Below, piece by piece: positions 37,450 through 50,498 of a stretch of 64,000 nucleotides of DNA. A program made the translations under genes and the position numbers. Below the pieces are notes generated by a model that saw only the letters and a list, made by a program, of their open reading frames with translations, was not told the DNA's origin and made no database searches. Where the stretch lies: positions 558,001-622,000 of the forward strand of contig JALMLS010000062.1 of the NCBI GenBank assembly GCA_038496445.1, given 5' to 3'. Every line of letters begins with the position of its first letter. Position 1 is the stretch's first letter. The stretch comes from Trichosphaerium sp. ATCC 40318. Taxonomy: Eukaryota; Protista; Tubulinea.

Positions 37450-39376
37450 TTAGTCTTCTTCGTATGCTGTCCAAAGAAATATTTGACGTGATTCTATCCA
37501 AGTGCAGTTCACTATCGCATCTTTTGTTATACCGTCAACGTTCTTTATGCCACAGGCATACTCTACAAAAACCAGTTAACACAGAGAGCACTAAAATACA
37601 AAAAGAGTACCTTCGACAGCTTCAGTTTTATCAAGCTCCATATCTGAGATAACGTTGAATGGTCTTCCTATCAATCTGCACTCTTTACGTCTAAGTTGAA
37701 GCTTTAGTAAAGAGACAGAAGGAGGAAGACGCAACCAAAAAACAAAAAGAAGAAACAAACTGGAAAGAATAAAGAAAAACTCAAGAAAGAAGCGAGGTGA
37801 GTTAATGTTACCCTGTAAGTTTTCCAAGTAACTTGTTTGCAAAAACAATTTGATTTGAACCATTCATTAATGCTATAGCGATATCACAATTAGCATCTAA
37901 TCCAAGAATAGACTCTTGATACTTAGATGTTATCATAAAAGTGTACTCATCACCTTGCTTCATATATTCACTAAACAAAACAACAAAGGGGTTAGTGGCT
38001 TGTTGATAGATTGGGATTTGTTGAATATGAAGTTGGTTGTGTACAATCGTACATTACATTAGATAGGTCATCATCATTAGCAATTGTCTTCCGTGTTTGT
38101 TTTCCATTTAATCTTACAGCAACAATATTAAGGTCAGGAATCTGAAAATCTTGTTTCGGGAAAAACGTTCGTGTCCTAGGTACTATGTTAACAAAATCTT
38201 GAAGCATTGTCAAAAATTATGTGCATTACTGTGCAAGCACATGATGAATTACAGAAAAGGTTGTAAAGTGAAACTTTTGCAGAAAAAAAGTGTTCATTGC
38301 AACTTGGAAAATGTTGTTTACTCGAAGTAAGTATTGATTATTCTCTAAATAATGCGTGCCTCTTTAGCATAGATTCTCTGCTATCGTTTTCTAATACGAA
38401 TCCATTTGCTACAACGTCTTGATAGTGCACACGAACAACGAACCGTTCTAAGAAAGAAACTGTCAATAACAGAGAGTAGAAGCTTCGTTTCAATTAATAC
38501 CTTGATACACGAGTGTGCTATGTTTATCTAGGTAGTAAATCAAGTTAGATATTTGTATTTGGTATCACGTGCGTACTCTTTTTTAAAAAGTTAGAGATCC
38601 CTTTTGATTTTTTAGAAATATCCTTGTCTTGGCTAAGTTGTCTTTTGGGTACTCCAAGAAGAGTTATATCTTTTTGTATACCAATGAAATGAGTTACAAC
38701 AGTATTGTCACTTGGATCTGCTCTTAGTCCCATCATCTCAAACTGATTCAAGAAAGGCACTCCGTCTTTTCTGTAATTTAATAGCTCCTACAAACAACAC
38801 GTTATTTTTCGCGTTATCTTGATTAGACTTACGATTGTAACTCTGTCTCCTGTCTTCAAAGCTGCTCTTATTTCATTTACAGCGTCTTCATTGGTGCCAG
38901 GGCCTTGTAGAAACCTACAGTTATTGCCCAAGACCTCCTTTTTTGAGTAAAGCGTCAACTTTTCAAATTCGCCTTTAAATTATGTTTACAAATCATTCAT
39001 GACACGTGATATTCACGTACTGTTTGCGAATATAATAGGATTATCTGGGCGACGTGCATCTATCAAACTTGTTAGCAATAAAAGCCGAAAATATCACTGC
39101 TCAATTAAAACTCCACTTCAGCCTATAGCTATGCTATGGGCCTTTATAGTTTGAACACGAAGTAAGAATATTTGAACATTAAATTTCATTACAACAAATA
39201 AAAAAACCCAAAAGACACCAACGTGTTGTAAAAGTAAAAGCTGTTTACAAACTAAAACCGGCAACCAACTTTGTACCTGTTACAAGCATACTATGCTTTA
39301 ACGCTCCAATATCAGGGTATTGCGCTTTTACAAATGGATATAAATGTTTAATCTCTTTAGTGCTTGACGAGCCCAT
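37450..39376 (-). CDS. LOV-domain blue-light sensor with C-terminal PAS-like domain
   Basis: Spliced [39 protein letters not shown]...ELLNYRKDGVPFLN...HFIGIQKDIT. C-terminal AIALMNGSNQIVFANKLLGKLTG...LIGRPF. Middle exons uncertain. Confidence 0.88.
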
Positions 39377-39660
39377 GGCGTTTTAACAAAAATGACGGCC
39401 AAAGCACTGCAGTTTGTGAAGTTTTCTTTTGTGTACACAAGTTTTACACGCCCGAAGAACTAAAAACACGCTAAAGGAATAGACGGTCGAGAAAAAAAAG
39501 CGAAGCAATGAAGTATTTTTAGAACGGAAAAATTAAATTAAACCAAAAAAGTTCATCTAAAAAAAAAACCGTTCCAACTGAACCTACACTCTTCTTCCGT
39601 TTGTAGAGTGGAGATTTATTATTTACTAGATTACTACGATACTTGTACGGCGAAGGTTAA

Positions 39661-41608
39661 TCATAATTCTAGGATTCCAGGGAAGAAAGGTGAAGTGCCG
39701 TTATTTGGAGGTGTTTTAATACCAAGGATCTCACCTATCAAGTTAAAAATTTCCGTGTTGTTAACGTGTGGTAAGGAACTTCCTGGTTTAAACTTGGATC
39801 CTAAAGCAATAAACTAAGACTACTAAACAAGCACCCAATAAATACAGAATACTGTACTTACCATGTGCTACAAGAATAGCTTGCATGTCAGGAAGATCAG
39901 GGTCGTAACCGTGATTACCTTTGCTCAACCAAGAATCCCTATTCTTCAAAATTGAATAACCTTCATCAGCTAGAGCTAAAGAAAGAATAAGCATGTGTAT
40001 TAAGTTTTTAGTTTCCACTGGTCGTATGAACGTTTTTACATGTGTTTATAATGTAACATGCCTGTTATAGGAGGTATTCGTCTATTGTGTTGCCAGTGAT
40101 ACTTTTCTGGAATATCTTCTTTTAACCAAGGAGTAATATGTGGCGTCCTACAAACAACGTTACAGCGACACATAAAGCGTATAGAGGTATTACCTTTCAA
40201 GTGCATCCATTACACCTGCCGTTACAGCCTCATCATTCGACCAAATTTGAGGTACAGGACCGTAGTCACTGATATTAACTTGAAACAGAAAGTTAAAAAA
40301 AAGAAAAAGAAAACCAGGCTTGAACGTACTGCTCGAAAGAAAAGGGGCCAATACATCATCAAGATAAATAACCTAGTATTATATAAGCTAAATTTTAACT
40401 CTACTGGGTGGTGCTTAACAATAAAATAGAAAGAAAACTTACTTTATCTGCAGGTGTGCTTGTCATACCGTGATCGCTAGTTACAATTATTTGAACGTCA
40501 TCCCTTGTATCAATACTGGCATTTGATAGTTCTGAGATCAAATACTGTAATGCGTCATCAACATATGCAATAGCTTCTGGCATTTCCGGAGCTTCTGGAC
40601 CAAACTCATGGCCATAACTGTCGACTTTTGAAAAGTACAACTGAACAGAATTTGTCAAAAAAAAAATATCCTATTGTTTTTGGCTTACTGTTACAAACTG
40701 AGGTCTCTCGTCAACGTCTCCGGTTAACCATTTGATTATAGTATCTATACGCTCCTTCATAGGTATAGAGCTATCGAATTTAACCCAGAAATTAGGGTAG
40801 CGGCCATTTATTTCGATGTCAGATCCAGGCCAGAAAAAACAACCAGACTTAATACCAAAATCTTGAACAACATTCCATAGAGGGTGACCTCCCCACCACC
40901 TAGGCTCTGTAGCTATTGGTGCAGAGTACTTAAAAGAAGCATCAAATATAGGATCGTAAAAAGCGTTTGCCACAATCCCATGACTCTCAGCGTAAAGACC
41001 AGTTGCTATAAAAAGTTAGGATCTTACGTAATCGTATTGTGGTGATTCTGAATCCAGTGACCTTGCAGTGTAGAAGGCAAAAAACCGTGAAGAACAGCGT
41101 ACCTATTGTATAATGATTTGGAAACGTCTTTGTTGGAAAAATACTTTTGAGAGGCGCAGAAAAACCTTCCTAAACACGTGTCATTATTCGAGAAATCACG
41201 TGTAAAACACTTATTAATGATATTACCTTTGCTAGTTTAGAAAGTACTGGGTGAGGTAATGTATCATTCTGCAAGTACTCCCAGCGATAGCCATCGAGTG
41301 ATACAAGGATAACAAGTGGTTTTTTGATGACAGTATGGTGAAAGCACGATTTATCGCCAATACATACTGACACAGCGATTATAGATGCAATAATGAGCGG
41401 TACAGCAATAGCAGCAGTCTTGTACCAAATAAATTAGACAAAAGGTCTTATTTTATCGAATCCACGTACAATACAAAACGCCTTGCGCTTGCTGGTGGTT
41501 TGTGGCTCATTGTACGTTAATATCAGGTCATCTTCGCTTAGGAGCTGATAATATTAACATACGGTAGTTGTTGAGGTGTACCTGTATATCATCTTTATCC
41601 TCGGCCAT
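39661..41608 (-). CDS. Type II membrane ectonucleotide pyrophosphatase/phosphodiesterase (ENPP family)
   Basis: N-terminal TM segment. Motifs [53 protein letters not shown]. Confidence 0.95.
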
Positions 41609-41773
41609 TGCTAGCCTCAGTGCTCTTCTTCAAATGTCAAAGTTTGGCGCTTAATTAGCTATTTTCACAGATATTGACAAGCGAGCGTTAAACGCACAAT
41701 TCAAGCATTTAGGAGCACTAACTGTTAGCGAAACGAAACTGGCACTTAACGACACTGAACACGTTGGCACTCG

Positions 41774-43838
41774 ATGACGGAAGCACGCGCGCCATCCAAG
41801 GCGCTAATAAACTTGTCCTCTACCATTATCGACGCAGAGCAATCGAGATACAAAGAGCTGACTAAAAAGCAGCTTGAGGTTAGTTACACTCTTATTTTAA
41901 CGGTTTGGTAACGTTTTGGTGCAGAATACTGAGCAAACTAAAGAAATTGCCGAAAAGTTACTCGAGAGGCTTCGTAAAGGCAACGAGCGCGTTCAGGTAA
42001 CATAACGAAACAACCGTTTATCTAACAGAAATTCAGGCTCTTGCTCAGTACTTTGTAGCCTTAGCAAAGGCCCAAAAAGCGTACTCAGTATCATTAAAAA
42101 AGCTACCAGACCTCAACGCGGCGAAAGACAATAGTGGCGAGTACGTGCTTAGAGTTGTAACTGAAATTCGTCTAAACACATTCTAATTACGCTTTAGATC
42201 CCTTGGTAATGGCGTTGAGTGCGTTTAAACTGTTTAACCTTTTTATATTTTTTTTTCGGAAACCAATTGACGTTTCATGATCAGATACCTCATTCGCGTG
42301 TACCACAGCGACACCCGTCACATAGATGAACTGGCAGACGATTTAGAAAAACATATAATACCTGGTCTTCAAAGCTCAGCTACAGAGCTCTCAGATATAC
42401 TCGGACAACGTACAAAGGGATTAAGCCAACTTGGAGCTGACGTTGCTAAAGCTATGATGGCGTAAGCGTTCTTTTTTTTTTTTCACTTTTTTTTTTTTGA
42501 AATTTCGTTTGTTCGTTTCTTCGCTCCCCAGTGCTGTACTGGGTATGGTCTATTTATTTTTTAAAGAAATTAACGATACCTATTTGTTTAATTACGGCAT
42601 TAAAGTTGGCGTGGTAGCCGCTCAAGCCAGTGAAACTGTTGGAGTTTTTTGGGATTTTTTTGAAATAATTAATTCGACCATCATTTGACACTTTTTTTTG
42701 ACAGAACTGATGAGTCGTTCAAATCACATGATATCAAATTATCAGAAATTAAAGACATTGTAATGAAAGATTCGTTGGCGAAAATGACAGGATCAGACGA
42801 CCCTTGGTTATCTCAACTTAAATGTACTTTGTTTTTTAAGTTATTTTGTTTTTTGGACGTTGTTTGAAGTGTTGTATTTATTTGTTGGTTTGTAGATTAC
42901 AATGATACACAAACTGTTGCTTCGCTGCAAGTTAAATATAATACAATGGTTGAGGAATTATACAAAGACGTTGAAAGATTCGACAGAAGACGTATTGATG
43001 CTGTGAAGACAGTTCTAAAAGAGTGTTTACTTTCAAAGAAAAATCACATGACAAAAGTCCTTCAAGTATGTTTCTTTTGTGGTTTTTATTATCGGTATAG
43101 ATTCCTTAGAGCGTTTACATTGATTCTAGGATATTGATATATGCTGTCAAGTGCTTGATAAGGTAACAAGTGAGGACTTTAATCATTATGTTCAACGTCT
43201 TTCAATCAAGACTGGTGATGCTCCTTTTGCTTCTCAACTGCCTAAAAAAGTTGAAACAACTAATAGTGGTAAAGATGAATCACCTCTCGTTGTTTTCCAG
43301 GGACCTCTGGCTATTGAAGGTTAGACTCTTTTGATGGTTTTTTTCGATTTTTTTTGTGTTTTTGTTTGCTTACTGTTGTATCACGAATATAGGGTTACTT
43401 CGTAATAAGACTTATACTTTCTGTCTAACAAAATTCGGATTTTTACATTACTTTACATCACCACACGTACGTGTTAAACAGCAAGTCAATCTTTTTCTTT
43501 GAATTTTTGATTTTTTGTTCTTTGTCCTTCTCGCTCGTTCGTATTTAATTCAGATTTACATTATTTTCAATAGTCTTTAAAAGAGGTTATATCACGTGAT
43601 TTCTTTTCCTTCTGAAATATCTGATTGTTGTTTTTAGGCACTTGAACCTGAAGAAAGCATAAATTTGTACAGATCTCAGTTGATGGTTAATCAATCTAAA
43701 CAGTTTTGCTTTCAAATTATACACACTATGCCTGGTTACTTTGCTATGAGTACAAAGACATATAATATACGTGCTGCATCAGAAGAAGAACTTGTAGATT
43801 GGATGGTTGCACTTCAAAGGTTTACAAAAAATCGATAG
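41774..43838 (+). CDS. F-BAR/BAR + PH domain protein (Slm1-like architecture)
   Basis: Helical N-terminus YFVALAKAQKAYSVSLKK...DVERFDRRRIDAVKTVL. PH motifs FCLTKFGFLHYF and YNIRAASEEELVDWMVAL. Confidence 0.75.
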
Positions 43839-44271
43839 AAAAAAAAACCCTTCAGTTTCTATTGAGCGCTTGTTAGATTGTATGTAATAAAAGTACAAGC
43901 GTTATTGAACAATACACGTATTATTGATATATTTGATTTAATCTTGTTAAGATTTCGAGTGTAGTTGTCAATGACCAAATGCCTTAATCTTAGTATTACA
44001 CTATTGGAGTTGGCATAAAAAGGCTTCTTGCCATCTCTAACTTCAACAAATACATGTACACCTAAGGTGTTTCTGATACAAGTACATTCGTTGCGGTCTT
44101 ACTTGAATATTGTTAACTTAATCTATTTCAGGGCGTCCAAGGAAATAGAATCTTCCTTTTGTTGGAAGTTGTAGAAATCTGGGTTTCAAAGAGCGTGGTC
44201 ATTAACCACGTGGCACTCATAGAATGCAAATGTAAACGAAACAATTTTTCTTTATTAACTAAAAGCTGTGC

Positions 44272-46236
44272 TCACTCTATACGACCAAGTTCCTCAACAG
44301 AAGGAGTAATATTGGCGGTTGAAGAACTTGAAGTCTGTTGCTTTGGCTTTCTCCTAATGGCAGATATCTGAGTAATACTTATCAACAACAAAGGTATCCA
44401 ATGAATAATAAACAACGTTATGAACCCTCCTGGGCCTGTAAACACACCAAATACACTCACAAGGCCTGTAATAGCAACAAAGAATATGAATATTGAACTT
44501 GCCATTATTTGTATCGTAATCTAAAACTTACACATTAGACTTTTTGAAGCACGTGAAATAAAACAAGAAAAAAACGAGATTCCTAGAGGAAAACAAAAAT
44601 AATGCTTAGAGGAAGATAAAGTTTCGGTGTCTACCGTACTAATGTTTCGTGCATACCATAGTTCAATCTCGTTAACTTTTTTTTCAAAGAAGAAAAAAAA
44701 AGACTGCAAAAAATAAGGTATTCTTACCATTCTAAGCATTTTCAAAGTCCTCGTTTGCGCTCTACTAATTTTCCACAATACCAATGAGCCTGTGACTACC
44801 AAATATACGCCAGAAGCAAATGACGCAACAAACAAGATTGAATTGAACACTTTTATCAACGTAAGACTCTTACCAAATGACCAAAGAATGCCATTTGTAA
44901 TGTCCAGTAGAACAAAGATAGTTATCACAACGATACTTGGAATCAACAGTTTTTGGTTACCGAATGGTGAATTGTTTTGCGAAACATTAGCATTGAAGAG
45001 CAGCCCATGCCTAAAAAAATCTAGTTAAAGAATACGTACCAACCATTCGTATGAGAAAAAAGTCACGTGATATCACAGACTATATTGTGGACGTACCAGT
45101 AGAATGCAAGGAGAACAGTTGTTGCAAGTGACAACGAGATAAGCCCCAAAGACATAAAACTCCATAAGGTTACTGGAAATAGTCTTCTCATGAATATAGG
45201 GTCAACAAGAATGAAAATGCTTCTAACTACACATATATTAACTAAAGATGGTAGAACTAACACTTCTATCGTACGTGTATTCGCAAATACTTCAATATAT
45301 AGACAAGCTAGCGGAACTGTTATCTCTAACCCGTTATACTTGCCAATGATATAAATCTTGTATAAAGCTAAGAACAAAGCAAGAAGACATAAGAATCCAA
45401 TACCAAGCGAAATAAAAAGCTATCAAATCAATTAGCAACAGACAAAAAAAGGTGCGAGATTTCGTACAGATCCATAGAATGCATAATGTTTCCATGGATT
45501 TTTGTCTAATATTAGCTCAGAATATTCGTAGATATCGCTTTGAAGGCGTACCTGTACTTGAAAGAGTGCAAGGGAACTCTAAAAAACTACCTTTGTATTT
45601 AGTTAAAAGTAAATAAAATGCGTCTTTGAAGTCATCACCAGAACCTTCAACTGTTGGTAACCCCGGTTTTAATAAATGGACTGGCTCATTCAGTATAGTG
45701 TATCTCGCGTAGTTCAAAAGACCAGCTTCTAAATCAAAGTAGTCAGCTAAGAGTGCGGAAAGAGTGAAAGAAAGAAAGTACCAAAAACATGTGAAGTAAG
45801 TATGATTGCTATTGCTCCTTTGCGTCTTGCCTCGTCGTACTTTTTACCCCAATGTAAGTCTGGGATGAATACTATTTTCCCTGATACATTTGGATGTTGT
45901 AGTCCAACAACGGATCCTGTTTCACAATAAAAGTCGTTAGAAAATAAAAAGGGCACGGTTTTTCTTGTGAATCATTGAAAGAATTCATTTCGCTGTAACA
46001 AGGTCTGCTCTACGCCTCACCCACGTGATTAACCGTAACTTCGTACCAAAAATAGGTTCCGCTGGCCACGAACCCTGTGAAATCCAGGATACATCGGGTG
46101 TATTGAAGTAATCTAAACGATGAACTTTAATTAAAGCACTATGTGCCATGTTCGTACAGTCTCTTGCTTTGGCGTGGACGACCAAGCCGCTCGCTATGGC
46201 TACAAATAAAGCCCATAATAAGATTTTGAAGACCAT
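44272..46236 (-). CDS. Signal peptide + PA-like ectodomain + ~7TM membrane protein (receptor-like)
   Basis: Signal MVFKILLWALFVAIASG. PA motifs NVSGKIVFI...ARRKGAIAII...LPTV. Then NPW and ~7 TM segments, including EVFAN..RSIFILVDP. Confidence 0.75.
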
Positions 46237-46706
46237 GGTATCGTATGGTTGTCACTGCGTAGGAAGTACTAATTAATAAAAAAAGTCAAACACGTTATTT
46301 ATGGGCAACATCACGTGTTCCTGGTAGGCTAGTTTATTAAAGTACAAACAAGCTTTCGAAATGTCACGTTTACCTACGAAGGGGCTTACAATAGCGTGAT
46401 GTATTTACGAGAACCTCGCGGCTAATACCACGAGTGACATAGAAAAAAACTGTACAATTTTTTTTCAGTAAGTTTTTTGTTGCTGAAGTGATCGCTGACG
46501 CTGGGAATGTACCAATTTTACCTTTAACGATACTATTTACATAATAAATAATTTTATTAAGTGCCCCTTTTAGAGTACACTATCCATAATAATAATAAAT
46601 AAACGGTACAATCACCGCGGTTTCTCCATTATAAACAAGCGAAGAATTTTTTTTTTAGGTGTTTGATTGCCTTAAACATAAGCGATCAAATACCAAAATG
46701 TCATCT

Positions 46707-47892
46707 CTAATGTTGCCTGGACACCTCACAAATCATTGTTTGGAACTCCTTGGATGTAATGTCGATACATAAATCTCTTCCAGTGCGTGGACAAGTCCAT
46801 TTGACATGCGATTGAATCTTTAGTATCGATTCAATCTCAACAAAAGCTTGATGCCATACAGCGCGTTTTTCAGGTCTAGCTCCGAATCTCCAAGAGTTTC
46901 CCTTCCTTCTTTTCTCGATGACTTGAGCCCATCTAAAAAAATTTATCAGACACTTATACGTATTGTATTGGATGTATTCTCGCCGACGAGGTACGTTTTG
47001 GTTTCAAAAAAGTGATACTTAGCGATTTGATAATCCAAAAAAAAAATCACAAAAGATCGCTGTTACGTACCGTTTAATTGATTTATAAGCGCCGTAGGTA
47101 TCTCTTGGCCTTTTTTGTTTGTATTGACTGAATACGTTGATCGCTGTCATAAAAACAGAGTCATTGCTATAGCGAAGAGAAGTAAGCACACTATCACCCA
47201 AAAAACGGCAAAAAAAACCCAAAAAAGATGTACGTACAAGACCAAAAATTTATCGTTCTCCATGTGAACTCCAAGCTTCAATATTGCCGCCAAACAGACA
47301 GCGTATAGGTAAGGTGTCTTACTCTTACCCATAACTCTCTGTAGAAGTGGCTGTGCTCTGAGCACAAGTGCTTTATTTTGGTTCGTATTTTGAACTGGCT
47401 TTGTCTAAAAAATCACGTGATTAGCACGTTTATCGAGGTGGGAAAAAAAATGGAGAAGAAAAAACAACGTTTTTTTTGGTTTTATTTTTTTTCTGTTGTT
47501 GATCTTATTTTCTTGATATGTGTTTGTCTCTTTTGTTCACGTACCTTTTGATAGACACTGTGGTTATTTGTATATACAGGTTTTGTTTCTTGTACGCAAG
47601 GTTCTTGCTTTATTGCGATTCTGTTTATTGGCTGCTGAGGGATGTATAGCTCTTGCCTTTGTGGTTGTCTTTGTGGTTGTCTTTCTTGAACAAATGGCAA
47701 GTTATTGTAGAATACTTGACTTTGTATTGGCGCCTCACGCTTTATATTTGACGATGCTCCACATGTTGATGTTGATTGGTAGTTAAACATTGTATAAGAC
47801 TCTGGTAAGTTATCGCTTTCAAAAGCAGGTAGAAGCTGTGAAATATCGTGACACTGTAGAATGTAGTCGTTTGATCGTTGGCAATATAACAT
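46707..47892 (-). CDS. Unknown protein, putative transcription factor, paralog A
   Basis: Q/P-rich N-terminus plus a conserved basic C-terminal domain shared with 50499-51680, with the same intron positions. Confidence 0.7.
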
Positions 47893-50498
47893 TTCTATAT
47901 TGTCTATGTTTATACTCTTAGAGTGTTCTGTTTGATTATTAAATGAGGACGTGTTGTATCACCTTGTCGTTGACAATGAGAAATGAAAATCCAGTGAAAT
48001 AAACCTAAACTTGGCCTTTGTGAATTTACTGCCAATTTCCTTTAGTTTCTGTTATACAATCTTGTACTACAATAGTATGGATATAATATATACTTATATT
48101 TAATTCACTGGGTATACTTGGCGTTTCCGCTGGCAGTTTTGAAGTTTTCACAAACGTTCTTAAATTCGCTTTTGCGCTGCACAAATAGGTAGCATACGCC
48201 TCCTTAGTACCATACCTTGCTCATAGACTGGTTTCCATGCAAGTGTCCGCCGTTTTTACCTTGCAGTACAGATTTTAGTTTCGGGCTAAAATCACGTGTG
48301 TCGTGTATATTTAACCGCGTAAAACAATGTAAGAACACCACGTGTTATTTTGTCTGAAAATAGCTGAATTTTTTATGACGCGAGCTCGGTTCCTTCTAAA
48401 AACGCTGAACGGTGGACAAGGATTATCCTACTGTCCCTGTAAAACTACAAAAGTACGTTTTACAACATATAAAGAATAATAGATAAAGCTAGAAAACAAA
48501 GAAGAAGAAATTACCAGTTTTTTTTTTTTGCGTTCGACATTGTAATGTTTGAACGGTTACTGGTCTCAAAAACCGAACCAATCGCGTTTACATGTAACAA
48601 ACAACGATAAGGGGTGCTCCAAATCCTGTGCTGTGTGTGAGATTTCAAATCCTGAGGCCTTCTGTCGCTCAAGAAAGTAAGGTTGTCGGGTATACACTTG
48701 CTTTTGTTCCGTTGAGGGGTTGTGTAGCCAGAGCTTAAACAGTGCTTTCAAGTAGAAATTGTAAGGTGCATATCTGACAATTGACGCTATAGTACTTCCT
48801 AAAGTCTAGAACGCCGGTTTCCTACAGAAGTGAGAAAAGTGCTACATCTTCTTGAAGTGATAAAACAACAACCGTTCAAGTCCTTGAATGGCTGACGGAG
48901 GCCACAACGTACGTTTGTGTTTGGCTGTGAGGGCAGCCTTCACTTTTGTTCCGTCTGTTCTGAAAACACAGGTCGTTCTTCTATCGCCTCTAGAGCTGTT
49001 AAAGCTCTGTTTTGATAACCTGAAAAGGTAGGTAACTATCTAGATTAACCTGCTGACAACGAACATGCGCAGAACTTAGCGATAGAACAGTATGTGTAAT
49101 TGTTAAAGTTTCCGGACGTTGAAGTGAGGCTTATAGCAATTCTGGTTTGCCTTTCGCTCCACTAGCGCATTCATACACCCCAATGCAACGAGGCAAATAG
49201 TGTATAGATATGGTTATAATACCTGTGGTGCAAAACAACGCCTTTTCGGTTACGGCCAAAGCCAGTTGGTGGCGAGCTCAGTAAGAAGTGTAAAATACCT
49301 TCTTTATATTTTGGTGCCGTAGATAGTCATTTGTACAACACGTGATAGTAGACTCTACAGTAAGTAACATGTTTCATGTATACTCAACAGAAGTGCTTGT
49401 CTCCGTGTAGCATTATAAAACTAACAAAAAACGACAACAATCGGCGGAGTAGTTAATCTCAAAAAACACTTTGAATCGCAGAATGAAATCACAAACATTC
49501 CGAAAAAAATAACCAAGTACTCCTAGAGGTTCTACAAACACGACATAGACAGTGAGTCTAAAAAAAATAAAAAAGTGACAGCAGCGTTTTTTTGGTAGTT
49601 TTGGTAAAGTGTATTTCTGCACTATGCTAGTAGAGCTCTGTAGAATTGTCTAATGACGCTATACAACAAACTATCAAGTATCTTCGGTGACGAGTACTAC
49701 TAACCACGTAATAATTGTGTTAGATCAAACGCAATGTTCACGTGATAGCGTAAATATCTTTGTAGAACTATACCGCTCAATTTGGGACTTACCAGCAACA
49801 GTTTTTTTTACATGATTTGGTTTATTTGGGCTTAAAGCCTTGTCTGATATACCCAACGTTCAAGAGAGTTTTTACCGCAAATACGGGAGTGTTCTTTACT
49901 GTGTCACAAACTTCCACAACCTCCGCGTGTCGCTTAACATTCAAGGAACAATCGTAAACAAAATTGTGTAGAAAGAGCAGCCGTGGTCAACAGGTCATCA
50001 AATTTTCAAGCTTGTAAGGCCGTAAGATGGTCGCCCTTACCTATTACTGCTATTATAGCAAATTTCCTTAAAAAACCCTCCTGCCCATGTACAGGACAGA
50101 AGCAACACTCAAAACTCAGTGAGAATGTAATGACACTATTACTTCCAGCCGTACAGAGATTTTATAGAGCTCTCTATGTATAGTACTGTTTTGGTATTAT
50201 ATGCGTGAACTGGCAGATATGAAAGCTTCTTGTCATTACTCACGAAAGACAGTGTAACTTAAAAGAAAAACGTGACAAAAAAACTACAAATACAAGTTTA
50301 TTATTCTACACCGCCACAAAGGCTAAAAGGTTCGTGACGCGCGTTTTTATCACGTGCCATCCTATTTTCCTATTGGATTACTTTTGGTTTAAACGTCAAG
50401 CAAAACAAGAGCCAATGCCAGAACACCCAAATGAAAGCGTCAGGCATTGTTATCTTATCTTTTCTTCTCTTTTCTTTTTGTTGTGAAGCGACTTTTTC

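Noticed and set aside
48560-49320. Slightly GC-richer intergenic tract as ncRNA or gene
   Set aside because: No sustained frame or recognisable RNA motif; needs an Infernal or RNA-seq check.
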